Counted from the first letter of the stretch, positions 1 to 10,884 are shown. The stretch is 64,000 bases of DNA from Camelus ferus (GCF_009834535.1 NC_045697.1:80230001-80294000), one strand, 5' to 3'. The notes: a model not told the origin generated them from the sequence alone. Numbers and translations are program-made.

Positions 1-299
1 CTTTAATTACTACCATTCACACAGCCTCCAACTTAAAAACATACTGTACCACAAAAGTTCACTGGCAAGTAGGTTAGTTCAGATTGTGAATGCCTACAGA
101 AAGGAAAATGATTTGTGATTTTACTCTACAAAAGCTGAAATAGTAGAATCTCTCACCTAATCAGTGGCTACTTCTTTAGAAAGATCATCATTACCCTTTT
201 ATCTGCTACTGTTCCACTATTTTGATTTTCTAAAACAAATGAGAAAGGTGAGGTCAGAAACCCAGGCCTTCAATCACAGCTCTAGGTGAACTTGGGGGC

Positions 300-445
300 A
301 TAGCACTATGAGAGAAATGGGCAACACTGATGATTGAGGATGATCTAGACGTCCTGGGCCTCACTGTTATCAACTATGTGGACTGGGGTAACTCATAGAC
401 TCTTGGAACTAATTAATTAGTTCTTCATCCCTGAAATGAACATCA
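300..445 (+). mobile_element. MIR SINE fragment
   Basis: Degenerate MIR core (ctatgtggactggggtaa...ttcttcatccctgaaatg); approximate limits. Confidence 0.5.
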
Positions 446-751
446 CAAGTATATAGATATCTCAAATTCTTATAATGCAATCACTGTTTAGGTTGGTTTT
501 TAAATAGATTCTACTGACATTCTCACACCCAGGTTTGTTCCCCACCCCATTGCTTCCTAATGATGCAGGATTTTCCACGACATCTGGTCTTAGCGTCAAC
601 AACCATTTATAGCATATCAGCTGTAATGAGCAGCAACTGTTTGCAAGCTTTGTTCTGTACTTCCATATGGACATAATGGCAACTCCTTTCATGGTGATTT
701 GGGATTTTCTTGAAACTGTTCAAATATCTCAAAGTACAGAAACAAGTTGCT

Positions 752-860
752 GGAATCACTTTTAGAACCAGAAGAGACTTGGGAGATAAAATAATTCAAC
801 CCCCTCAGTTTATAAGTGAGATAAGGAGGCTGAAAAAGATGAAAGACTTTGAGGCCAGAC
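752..860 (-). mobile_element. MIR SINE fragment
   Basis: ttttagaaccagaagagacttgggaga...cagtttataagtgag...gaggctgaaa matches reverse MIR. Confidence 0.55.
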
Positions 861-2231
861 TTCCTCACCCTTTCCTGTTAAAGATGTGATGCTGAGGAAA
901 CTCCTCAGATGATATAAACATTGTTCATTCTCAAAAGGTAGTCCATTCAGTAGATATTTTTAGAATTCAAAGTACTCAAAAATTTTTACTACTCAGATCC
1001 AAATAAAACAGGGGGAAAACTTATGAAAAGACATAGTTTTAATCTTGCTTCTTGAAAATCTCATAAACATCACGAGGGTTTCTAAACTATATGATCTTTA
1101 CTAAGGAACTGATTCAGCAAAGGTGATGATCATCTTTAATATTAGTCATATTAACATCTTCAACATCAGTCATATCACAGATTTATCCGTGCACTATGTG
1201 ATAACCATCTAACCAATATAAACTCCAACATTCGGAATGTACATGTGTAGTGAAATCATGTGATTTACTTTTTTAAAAAAAATGCTTTTTCTTTACAGAT
1301 ATTATAAAACAGCAAGTTACTAGTTTTATTAGTCCGTATTATTTGACTCTTACATTCCCTCGGATATTAGCTTTTATGAAGTGAAACTGTTCTTTTAAAT
1401 TTCTTTTCTCTATTGGAAAGTCTCAATATTTCAACAGGAAGTTAATCATTCAATGCTTTGGTGTGTTTTCAGTCACTTCTCCTTTGCCAAGGAAGGTGTG
1501 AACAAAGCTCCTAGAAATAAACTAAACTAAATGAAACTGCATGAATTGAAAAACTTGACTATCAGCTCATTCATGCACATGGCAGAGGTTCTTTTATGCA
1601 CATGGTACAAGGGACTTTTGCTTTTATTTTCACATAGTACAGATGCCTGAATTTATGTCCTTAGCATGGGGAGTTTATAGCTGAGGCATGTGCTTGAGGT
1701 TTGTGATTAGGAAGTACTATTTCTGTCACCACACATATATACACAAGTTTGTAAGAATCAATCTAGTCCATTCCTGTTTCTTGATTTACTTCTACATTAT
1801 CAGCACACACTATCAGGTAGATTGAAAGAACCAGAGTGTAACCACAGTGAGACTTTGCCGATTACCCACTGTTTCTCCACAGCCTGGCATACATGAAGCA
1901 CTCAATAAACCAACTCCAGAATGACTGGAATTTTTCACATATATAGCTTGTTTCTAATATACCTACACACATTATGCACAAATGATATGTTCTTTAAGTT
2001 TTTTTTTTTAAAAAGATGGTTCTATGAAAAGTGGAATAATTGTGATTTTATAATTATTCAAGATGTAGAATTCACAGTTTGATATATCTACTACCCACGG
2101 TGACAAGGATTTACTGAATACTTATCATAGTGCCAGAAAATGGATTCCTTTCTTTTCTGTTCATACACTTGATTTCTATGAAGTAGTCTTAAAAATCCCA
2201 AATCTCTAGATTATCTTCATTAAAATATCTT

Positions 2232-2325
2232 CATCTATTCACCCACACATCCATCCAATCATCCATTTATCTGTCTGTCCATCTATCTATTTACCTACCT
2301 GTCTGTCTCATATCCATCCACTCAC
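2232..2325. repeat. Degenerate tetranucleotide repeat (CCAT/CTAT/CTGT)n
   Basis: catccatccaatcatccatttatctgtctgtccatctatctatttacctacctgtctgtc. Confidence 0.75.
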
Positions 2326-3414
2326 CTAATGATTTTTCCATTAAATAACACTACTCTGTCAGGCTTTATGAAAGACAGCACTTTCCACTGAGGCAATTCA
2401 CGGGTGTTGACTTGTTGCTAAAAGACTCAGTTGTATGTATGAAGCCTCCTTTCCAGATTGCTGCTCAGTGAAGTGGTTTAGTAACCATTTCTCTTATACT
2501 TTGAACTAAAGAAATCTTATGACTTTGTATGAAATACAGTTATTTGAAAATGCACAGCTATCTGTCTCCTCGGACTTACTTCTTTCTGTCAACTGATTCA
2601 CGGAAATTGTATTCTCCGGGCTCTGAAATGAGAGAACACATCTGACTTGATACTCCTTTACTTCCTGTGACAGAGAGTTGTCACTTGTTACTGCAAGCTC
2701 TTTTGGACCTGATATATTTCTGGATGCCGTACTTCTCTGATGTACTTCTTTCTGGGAAGAACAGCACAAGCACACTTTCCACATATTTTTAAGTGATCTT
2801 TAATTCACCGGCCTGCACGTTCCACACGCACAAGGTCTGTTTCTGTTTGGCTCTAATATATGTCCACAGCCGAGACAGGGCCTTAGTAGGTGCTCAAGAA
2901 ATGTCTGATTAACGTTTGGTTTTTTCTTTTGATACCTGGATTTTAAATGATTGGTTCACAAATAACCAACACCAAGTTACACTTATCCACTCTTCGAAAA
3001 TAATCTCTTTTTAAGCACTCCAAACTGCTTGTCTTGATGTGGCCTAAATTAAACGTGGCAAATCCATTTCGTTCTTCTCTATGTCTCATCTTCCAAAGGC
3101 TGTGGCCAATGCCACCTTACTGATCCCAAGTCGGGTATTTTTACTTTATACATTGCTCTTTTGCCAAATTATACTGCCCTCCTCCTCCACATTGTATCTT
3201 AAATATACCTTATTCTCTTATTCCTACTGATACAAATTTTATATAGCTCTGAAAACCCATAGGTGGGGATTATTTTAATCTCTTCAATCACTAAATTTAG
3301 ACCCATTTTCCCCAGTAATCCTTAATGTTGCTGGTAAAATTATTTCCCCATCACTGCTTTGAACTATTCTTTGGTCTCTAGAAGGCTTTTCTATTCATTC
3401 ATGTAACTCAGTTG

Positions 3415-3652
3415 AGAAGCGGTAGTGATCAGCGTTGCAGACCCTGTAATCTGACTGCTTAGGCTTAAATCCTATCTTCCCAGCTGAGTGACCTGGAATA
3501 AGTTCTCTAACTCATGGTTGCTAAACCTCCCCTTATGCAACCTGGGGCCAATCATAGCACCTTCTTCATCAAGTTGTTCTGAAGATTTGTGTGCTACCGC
3601 AGCACAGGGTCCATGGTAACTGATAAACGGCAGCTACTGCTGCTTTTATTAT
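3415..3652 (+). mobile_element. MIR SINE
   Basis: gactgcttaggcttaaatcctatcttcccagctgagtgacctggaataagtt...tattatt 3' end. Confidence 0.65.
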
Positions 3653-6600
3653 TAAGGTTCTGACTTGATCCAAATCCTCTCAACAACTAGAATCTTATCC
3701 CTGAATTACAGTCCTATAATTATGTCACCACTGCTTAATCTTCCTAATACTGCTTGAATCAACATCCACAGGCCTGACACTTTGCACCTGAGACCAAAGG
3801 CTATGGTCCATGGACCCAGCAGATGGTGCTGGTACTGACTGGTGTGCTTCCATCACACCAACATCCCACCACTCTGAACCTCCTCCCATTGTCATTTCTG
3901 GGGCATCCTCAAAGTGCCCGCTATGCCTTAGCCTGGTCTGTAGATCCTGATAATTTTCTGTCCAGTAAATTCTACTGTTTGATAAGCCCCCAAGAGTGGC
4001 AGTTACTCAAATACTCAAATGGAGATCTTTACAATATCACTGTATCAAAGAGGATATGCTTATCCTCTTTATTTTATCCAATATTAATTAACATACACAA
4101 CGATCTATTTTACTCCATGTTGCCTTTTACATTATAAATGTGCTTTTGGTTGAACCGCATTCATTCCTCAAACGAAGGACTAAGCTGCAGTATTTACCAG
4201 GTAGAAGGCCCCACGTTGAGTACTGCAGAGGGGCACAACGTTAAACAGCTACTGTTCTAGGAAGGGTTTTTAAACAAACTGTACAGCACTCACATGCTCA
4301 TGGGTGCCTGTGACAATGATGATAAATGTAATACTTCCTATGTTTTTATTTCAGTGATATGGACAAATTACACCGTGCCTCTGTACTGCACGTGAATTAA
4401 CATACAACTCATGATATGGAAACAAAAATGTATGGCCTGATAATAGTAAGGGCAACCTTTTGTTAAAAGCCTGGTAGTAAGTTTCAGCAGTTGATCTTTT
4501 CCATTTTACTATGTTGGTAAATATGCTATGACAAGTCATATCCTTATCAGACTATATGTGGTGGGTAGAAAAGACACGAAACAGAGCCGGCGCCAGAGCA
4601 CACTCAAGGTGTGCACAGGCTGCCTTTCAGGCACAGGCGCGGGCCTCTCCTAGTACGCTGACAGCACAGCCTGTTGAAACAAGCACAAGAACTAGACTCA
4701 ACCCAAGTTTATCTAAGTCAGCAGTGTGACAGAAACCAAGACACAATGACAGAAACTGTAACGAGTTCTATCAAGAAGTTCATCTCTGTCCTCTCCTAAA
4801 ATCAGAGTAAGAGTGGAAAGAAAAAATTTATCTCCCCTGTAAGAAATCTGACAGGGGACACAGTAGGCTATTTCTCTTGGTCGTGAGCCTCTCCAGAAAT
4901 CACCTGCCTGAGTTTTTAATTAATGACTTTTGCTCATATGCCAGAAAATATGTTTTTCTTCCCAGCCCACATCCTAGGCCCACTCCCATCTCTGATTCAA
5001 GTTCCTGCCTTTGAAGGGCTCAGCTGAATTTGGACACTTACAGAAGTGTAATATCATGACCTCAGAAAATATCTTTTAAAAGTCATGGGACAGAATTCAC
5101 ATTTTTCATCCTTGGCCTTTACAGTATACTTACAATTACATAAATGGAGTGAAATGTTTCAAATGACAAATTTATTAGAGTCTCTGATTAACAGCACCAA
5201 TAACGTGTATGTGCACATTACAAAGGAAAGTACCACTGTGAGTTCTAAGAAGTAACAAAATGGGCACGGTCTTCCCTTGGCTAGAAAGGAATTTTGAAGT
5301 TGATTGCCAAAGACATGGAATTTCAAAGGAATATATTGTTTTCCCTTTTTCCTGATGGGAGAATTTGGTAAGTGGTAGCAGACGGACACAGTCCTGTCTA
5401 AGTTTTCCAAAAGAACAAGCCATTAACCTTCCCGTCCTCTAGACATTTAGAGCTCCCAAACTCAAACTGAAACCAAAGGAAGATTCCAGAAAACTAAGGC
5501 AATGTTTTGCTAGTAAATCACATCTTCAAGTAATTCACCATGGATCTTTAGAGACATATTCTTCTAGAACATACTAAATGAAAAGAAAATATAGATTGAC
5601 AATTTACTATAACTAGAGAAGTCTGTCCAGGAGAAACCAGCGTAGGGCCTCACACTGCACACACTACAGTTCAACACGCTCTAAATTATCTGCCACCATT
5701 GTACTAAAGCCTGGAAAAGGCCGGGGTTTCATACAAAGAATCACAACTATATAGTGCTGCTCACATCTGCTATTTCGCCCACCCAGTTAGCTTTCTTCCA
5801 CTTAAATTTCTAGACCGTCACTATTTCTCTGAAATTTCATAAGTAAAAGTAGAATGCTGAGAGAAGAGGGTCAGAATATTAATAAAGAATAGTCTTCTTT
5901 TCTGAACTATTTAATTTCTAAATGATCTGAACAATTCTCATCCTCAGTGGTATTAGAAGCTGAGTCAAGTTTTAGAAAGTCTTAGTATGTATATATGTTA
6001 GATATATATTATTTGATAATAAAATTTGTTTCACTTTTTTTCCACCTGTTTTAAAAGGCAATAGTATCTAGGGGATAGTAGAGGTTAAGCGCATCCTCTT
6101 GGCCCCTAGGTATATAAATAAATAAAAAACCAAGAAGCCTCAGTGTCCTCAGAATTCCCAGGACTGGAATGAAGGGAAAGAGGCTTCAGCATTCAAACTG
6201 GGGTTCTGTAGCACCCAGTCACTTGAACCAAAATCTACTTAAGAAATTTCTATTTACTTTTAATTTTGATAACCTTTTACATAATATTAGTATATAGTAT
6301 GACTATAAAATAACACATTTGATCAACAAACATCATTATATCCACAGAACAAGTTGAGAATGAAGAAGAGATCTCCGGTCCTCCTCAAAGTCACACTGAA
6401 TGCTATATCCATTCTTGGGAGGAAGGAAATATAACCTATTTATTGGTCATGTTAGGAAATTGTTTCTCTCTGGATACAGTAGGATTTATACGACTCTCGA
6501 GTGTGCATTAGAGAAGAGATGAAATAAGAGAGTGGACAGGGAAAGGGTTTTCGTAATGTGTCAGAATGAGTCCACACGACTTTATTGCTCATCCTTTTGC

Positions 6601-6676
6601 CTTTACAGGCATAACTACAGCTGAACAGTCATTAGGAATTGTGTGGTGGTTTGTCTGCTCCAAGGGCATTACTCAC

Positions 6677-6749
6677 CTTCAGGTCCCGATGGACTACGCC
6701 CATCTGATGGCAGTGTAGCACAGCCTCCAGGATCTGCTGAATGCAATGA
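6677..6749 (-). CDS. CAMK2D: CaMKII delta mutually exclusive exon 6b, 73 nt, (S)[24 protein letters not shown]
   Basis: tttgcatgcag|TCATTGCATTCAGCAG...CATCGGGACCTGAAG|gtgagt on minus strand; same length and phases as exon 6a; open frame; peptide equals the CaMKII alpha/beta-type sequence. Confidence 0.95.
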
Positions 6750-6781
6750 CTGCATGCAAACACCAGGGGGCGTGTGTTAGT
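6750..6781 (-). promoter_or_regulatory. Exon 6b acceptor region: consensus branch point ACTAAC (6776-6781), weak pyrimidine tract, TGCATG (6753-6758) abutting the CAG
   Basis: Minus strand reads actaacacacgccccctggtgtttgcatgcag; branch A is 28 nt upstream of the exon. Confidence 0.7.
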
Positions 6782-7694
6782 TCCAAGCGTACACTCACTG
6801 TCTGTACACCCTCAGAGAGACTGGGTTAAGGTGCAGAACTAGCAGACAACTGGCATTGTATTCAAACATCTTCAGCAGTGTAAACACGTACTCAAGTAGA
6901 GTGACTACTACCTCAGAACAATTAGGATCTTGCCAGAAGTGAGCCAAAATGTGGGTCCACTTGTCCCAGAAAATCCATTTTGAAAGTATTTCATTTAATT
7001 CAGCAGCTCATTTCCTGGGTACGATTCCTTGCAGGAAATGAACTGGAACACAACTATGATTTTTAAAGTTCTGTGCTCCACCTCGAACCCACACAGAAAA
7101 GCTACTTCCTTATCCTCTCCCATTTTTCCAGTATCATTCCAAAGCTGTCACATTAGCAGTCAAGGCACCATTAAGGTTAAATTAGGATACATAATGAATT
7201 TTTGATAAATCATTAACTTCATGTGCTTTAATTTAGCTGGCAATTATTATCTCTTGCCTGAGGGTTCATCAGACTCAAACGGAGCAATGCGTAACCAGTT
7301 GTTCTGCTACAGCAACCCATGGTCTCAGAACAGAAGTGGTGTTTAGATCTACAAGCGGACATACATCACAGGCCAAGTTCATCTCCAGGCAAGTGCTGGA
7401 CATTTCAGGAAAGCCTCCCCGCCTCAAAACACCTCTGGTTGTTTACTGCTCGGAAACTTAACAGGTTGTGTTCTTAATACTGTCCTCCCCTTTCTTCTGT
7501 GATGTATATTTAGCCTGTAGATGAGCAAACTGAAAGAGGCATCATGCAGTATCATTTCATCATTTAGTCATTTTAGGGAGAAGTTGGGAAAGGCAAGGGA
7601 ACCGTTTTAAACACCCACCCTCTGCCCTTTCCCCAGAAAACCCAAAAAACAAAAAACCTCCTTTGATTTAGATTTATGGACTCCATATACTGAC

Positions 7695-7767
7695 CTTCAG
7701 GTCCCTGTGAACTATGCCATTTAGGTGACAATGATTTACACTTTCTAGAATCTGCTGTATACAATGA
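7695..7767 (-). CDS. CAMK2D: CaMKII delta mutually exclusive exon 6a, 73 nt, (S)[24 protein letters not shown]
   Basis: tgtatctttacag|TCATTGTATACAGCAG...CACAGGGACCTGAAG|gtcagt on minus strand; [17 protein letters not shown] is the delta-isoform alphaE/catalytic-loop sequence. Confidence 0.97.
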
Positions 7768-10329
7768 CTGTAAAGATACAAGGGCAGAATGGAAGGGAGA
7801 ACATTTTAAAGGCACATAATCACATTTAATACAAAATAAAATGAAAGTTTGAACAAAACAAACAAACAAACAAAAATTATATTTTCTCACTTTTTTTAGC
7901 TTTACATTGGAATTAAATAATGCTGAATAAAGCTAATTCTGGTTCTAACAAAAATGACATCCAACATAGAATTTGTGACATGTTCAGACAAAACAATTTG
8001 AGCTGTGTTTTTTTTTCATTACAACTCTACAAATTAAATCATTTGTATATGGAAGCCAAAATTTCCATATTCAGGGAGAAAATTTTGTAAATAATTCCCA
8101 CAATGTTTGGGGAAAATTCTTCAGCTACACAAAATTTATGGGCATTTCTCATACACATCTAAACTGTTTAAAATCTGAGGTCACAATTAAACATAGGTGT
8201 TGAAACAAGAGGGTAAACACAGATGAAGTGGCAGGTGAAACAAGGATCAAAAAAAAAAAACCAAAAAACGGAGGGAGACATTTACCATTTTGACTTAGGA
8301 ATGGTGCTTCTTGTGTGATATAATAGGAAAACTAGTGCAAGTCTCCAACAACAGAGGGAGAATTTAAAGTAAACCCCATGGCACAAAACAAACCCTTCTT
8401 CAGTACAGGGATACTCTGGGAAAAGACTAAGAACTTACAAAAACAAATAAAATTTAAAACCCCCTGGAGCACTGGTGAATGTTAAACACATTTCCATACA
8501 CCTTACTGAAGGAAAACTTTTGCTTATTACTATGTTAAAATGTACAATTTATGTTATTCTTAGTGAAGGCTCATTGATGTCCAACAGACTGCTAATCAGA
8601 GGGGAGAAATCACTGATGGGCACCTATAAGGTTCCAGGAGCTGTCATCTGACGCACAGTAGCATAGAAGAGATCACACTGAAGAATTCTGTACAAGGCTC
8701 AAATGCTGGTATATACAGAGGTATATCCATTTAAGGGTTAAGCAAATATTTTAATGAGGCCATTTTCAATCATTTAACGTACAAAATAGTATTACTCCAA
8801 AGTAAATTCTTGAAATAAAAAAAGTGATCACCGTCTAATCTTTTACAATGTACATGTCAAAACTGATCACAATTGTGATTTTCTAGCTCTTACTCCTAAC
8901 TCTCACCACTGAAAGAGCCTCACGTTGATTATTTTTAACTATACAGTTTTTTGGAGTGTTGGTAATTATTTGTTAAATCATATGACTCTTTTCCCTTCTA
9001 TAATAATGTTCACTTTTATTTAGGAATATTTCACTCTCTCATATCAAACCACAGCTTATTATGGCTTGAAACCCATAAGTTATTTGGCCTAATGAATAAC
9101 AGAAAATAAAGAAGTAAATAATTCAGATTAAATAAACTTCACCATTTGTTCCTAGTGAGAACAGACTCAATTCTTAACTTCTTAAAGACTAGCACTAAAT
9201 AGTCTTTTACAAATTATTTCATGCTTGTAGTTGGGAAGAGAATGTTTCCTCTCCTTAATTATGGGTGGGATCTACCCTAAAATGTATCCTATAGTAAATT
9301 CCAAAACTTGCTATAAGCATGCATATGAAATGATTCAACCCACAGGGCCTATCCTGTGATCTGTAGGGCTGTTCAATAATGAACATGGTCTCTATTTTAA
9401 TTTCAACCAATATTTTCAAACACAACAGCAACTTGTTTAAACATAACTTTGAAAAGCAAAATAAATGAAATTCCCTAACCTCTTTATTACCTTGATTAGA
9501 GATTACTCCTTTGGCAAGTGGGCAAATAACTACTTCCAAGGCTGTTCTGAAGCCCCTTTTCAGAGGCCTGATGTGAAGATTGGGCCATAAACTGAACAAG
9601 TGATGATTCACTCATCATAGGATAAGCAATATGGAATTTCTACTTGACTTTGGCAGTAAAAATTCCATTAAAAGATTAGAGTAGTCATGTTCAGATAAGA
9701 TTCACAAAATACAGTAAACAATAGCACTAAAACAAGAAGACTAATTAGAAATTTAGAAGTGAGCCTGTGTATGCATGTGCTACTCTGGAGGGATGGGAAC
9801 CTTCTGTCAGCTGCCAGTCTCCTGAGGGCCAGGCTATAGGGGGATCAGGAGCTTTTGGAAGCTCTGACAGCATTGGAGAACAGGCACGTACGGCCGTCAG
9901 TAACTGAATTTACAGACCATCTCATTTACACTGTTAATAATGAGCCAATCACTCACGGCTAGATTTTTCAAAATACAACTACAGAATATACACATAAGAA
10001 ATGCCAACAAAAATTAATACCACACAGTCTAAGCAGTATTTAAGCAAGCAGATTAATGTTACTTCACTCCAAAAGCACTGCCTTTGTGTAGCCTACGAAG
10101 TTTCAAATTAGACAAAATGTTAGTCATTTTGTCAGTCACTTCTGCAAAGATTTTGCCAATTAACAAGATTGGAAAACCCTCTTGAACCCTCTGAAATACC
10201 TGAATAAATATTTTTCAAGTGAGAGTTCCAAGGGCGTTAGTCAAATTTCCAGAGTTAAACAGCTCATAAGGCTTTAAGGAGACCACTGGGACTTTTGGAG
10301 TCTGTTCATTTTTATGGTCTCTGATTAGC

Positions 10330-10525
10330 CGTGGGCTATTCACGGAACTTTCTGTGATGATGGAAATGCTCTGTATCTGCTATGTCCAGTCAGTAGCCAC
10401 TAGCCACTTGTGCAACTGAGCACTTGAAATGGGGCTAGTGCAACTGAGGAACGGAACTTTTAATTTTAATTGATTGAAATTGAAATTAAATATGTGACTG
10501 GTGGCTACGATACTGGGAAGCCCAG
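10330..10525 (+). mobile_element. MER3 non-autonomous hAT-Charlie DNA transposon
   Basis: gaactttctgtgatgatggaaatgctctgtatctg...gtagccactagccac...gagcacttgaaatggggctagtgcaactgagga...gtggctac matches MER3. Confidence 0.85.
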
Positions 10526-10884
10526 CTTCTAGAGATCAGAGGATTTCAATTTTCATCTCATAACTTTGATAAAGTCTGTACTTTTAGCAGAAGTCTTTCC
10601 TGTTAGGCTTTTTAAAATAAAATATGCATTCTAACTATAGACATCAGATAAAAATAAAGTTTAGACCAGATTCAGAGTTTTTTCTTTTCCTTCAAAGAAT
10701 CATCTTGGAAATCCTTAAGAGAGAGAAATATCAATTGAGAGGAATTCATCATGAAAAGAAGTCTAAGATGGTATTATGAAATTCTCATAAATCCTAAAGT
10801 GTCATGATACATCTGTAAAGAGATATACTGAGCAATTGTCATCTGAGTGCTGAGTCCTGTATCTTGCCCAGGGCAAGCCACTTA

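Larger units (their letters stand above)
1..6676 (-). other. CAMK2D: CAMK2D intron downstream of exon 6b (continues past window start)
   Basis: Next exon (PENLLLASK...DFGLA) not found by eye in 1-6676. Confidence 0.8.

Noticed and set aside
6060..6150. Possible tRNA-derived lineage-specific SINE with A-rich tail
   Set aside because: No convincing A/B boxes or TSD; better explained as a decayed MIR fragment.
6677..6749. Exon 6b as a CAMK2A/B processed-pseudogene fragment
   Set aside because: Homology stops exactly at canonical AG/GT boundaries, with a branch point, intact frame and no poly(A) or TSD.
7573..7890. 105-aa minus-strand ORF overlapping exon 6a
   Set aside because: Different frame from the kinase exon, runs through both splice sites, low-complexity peptide.
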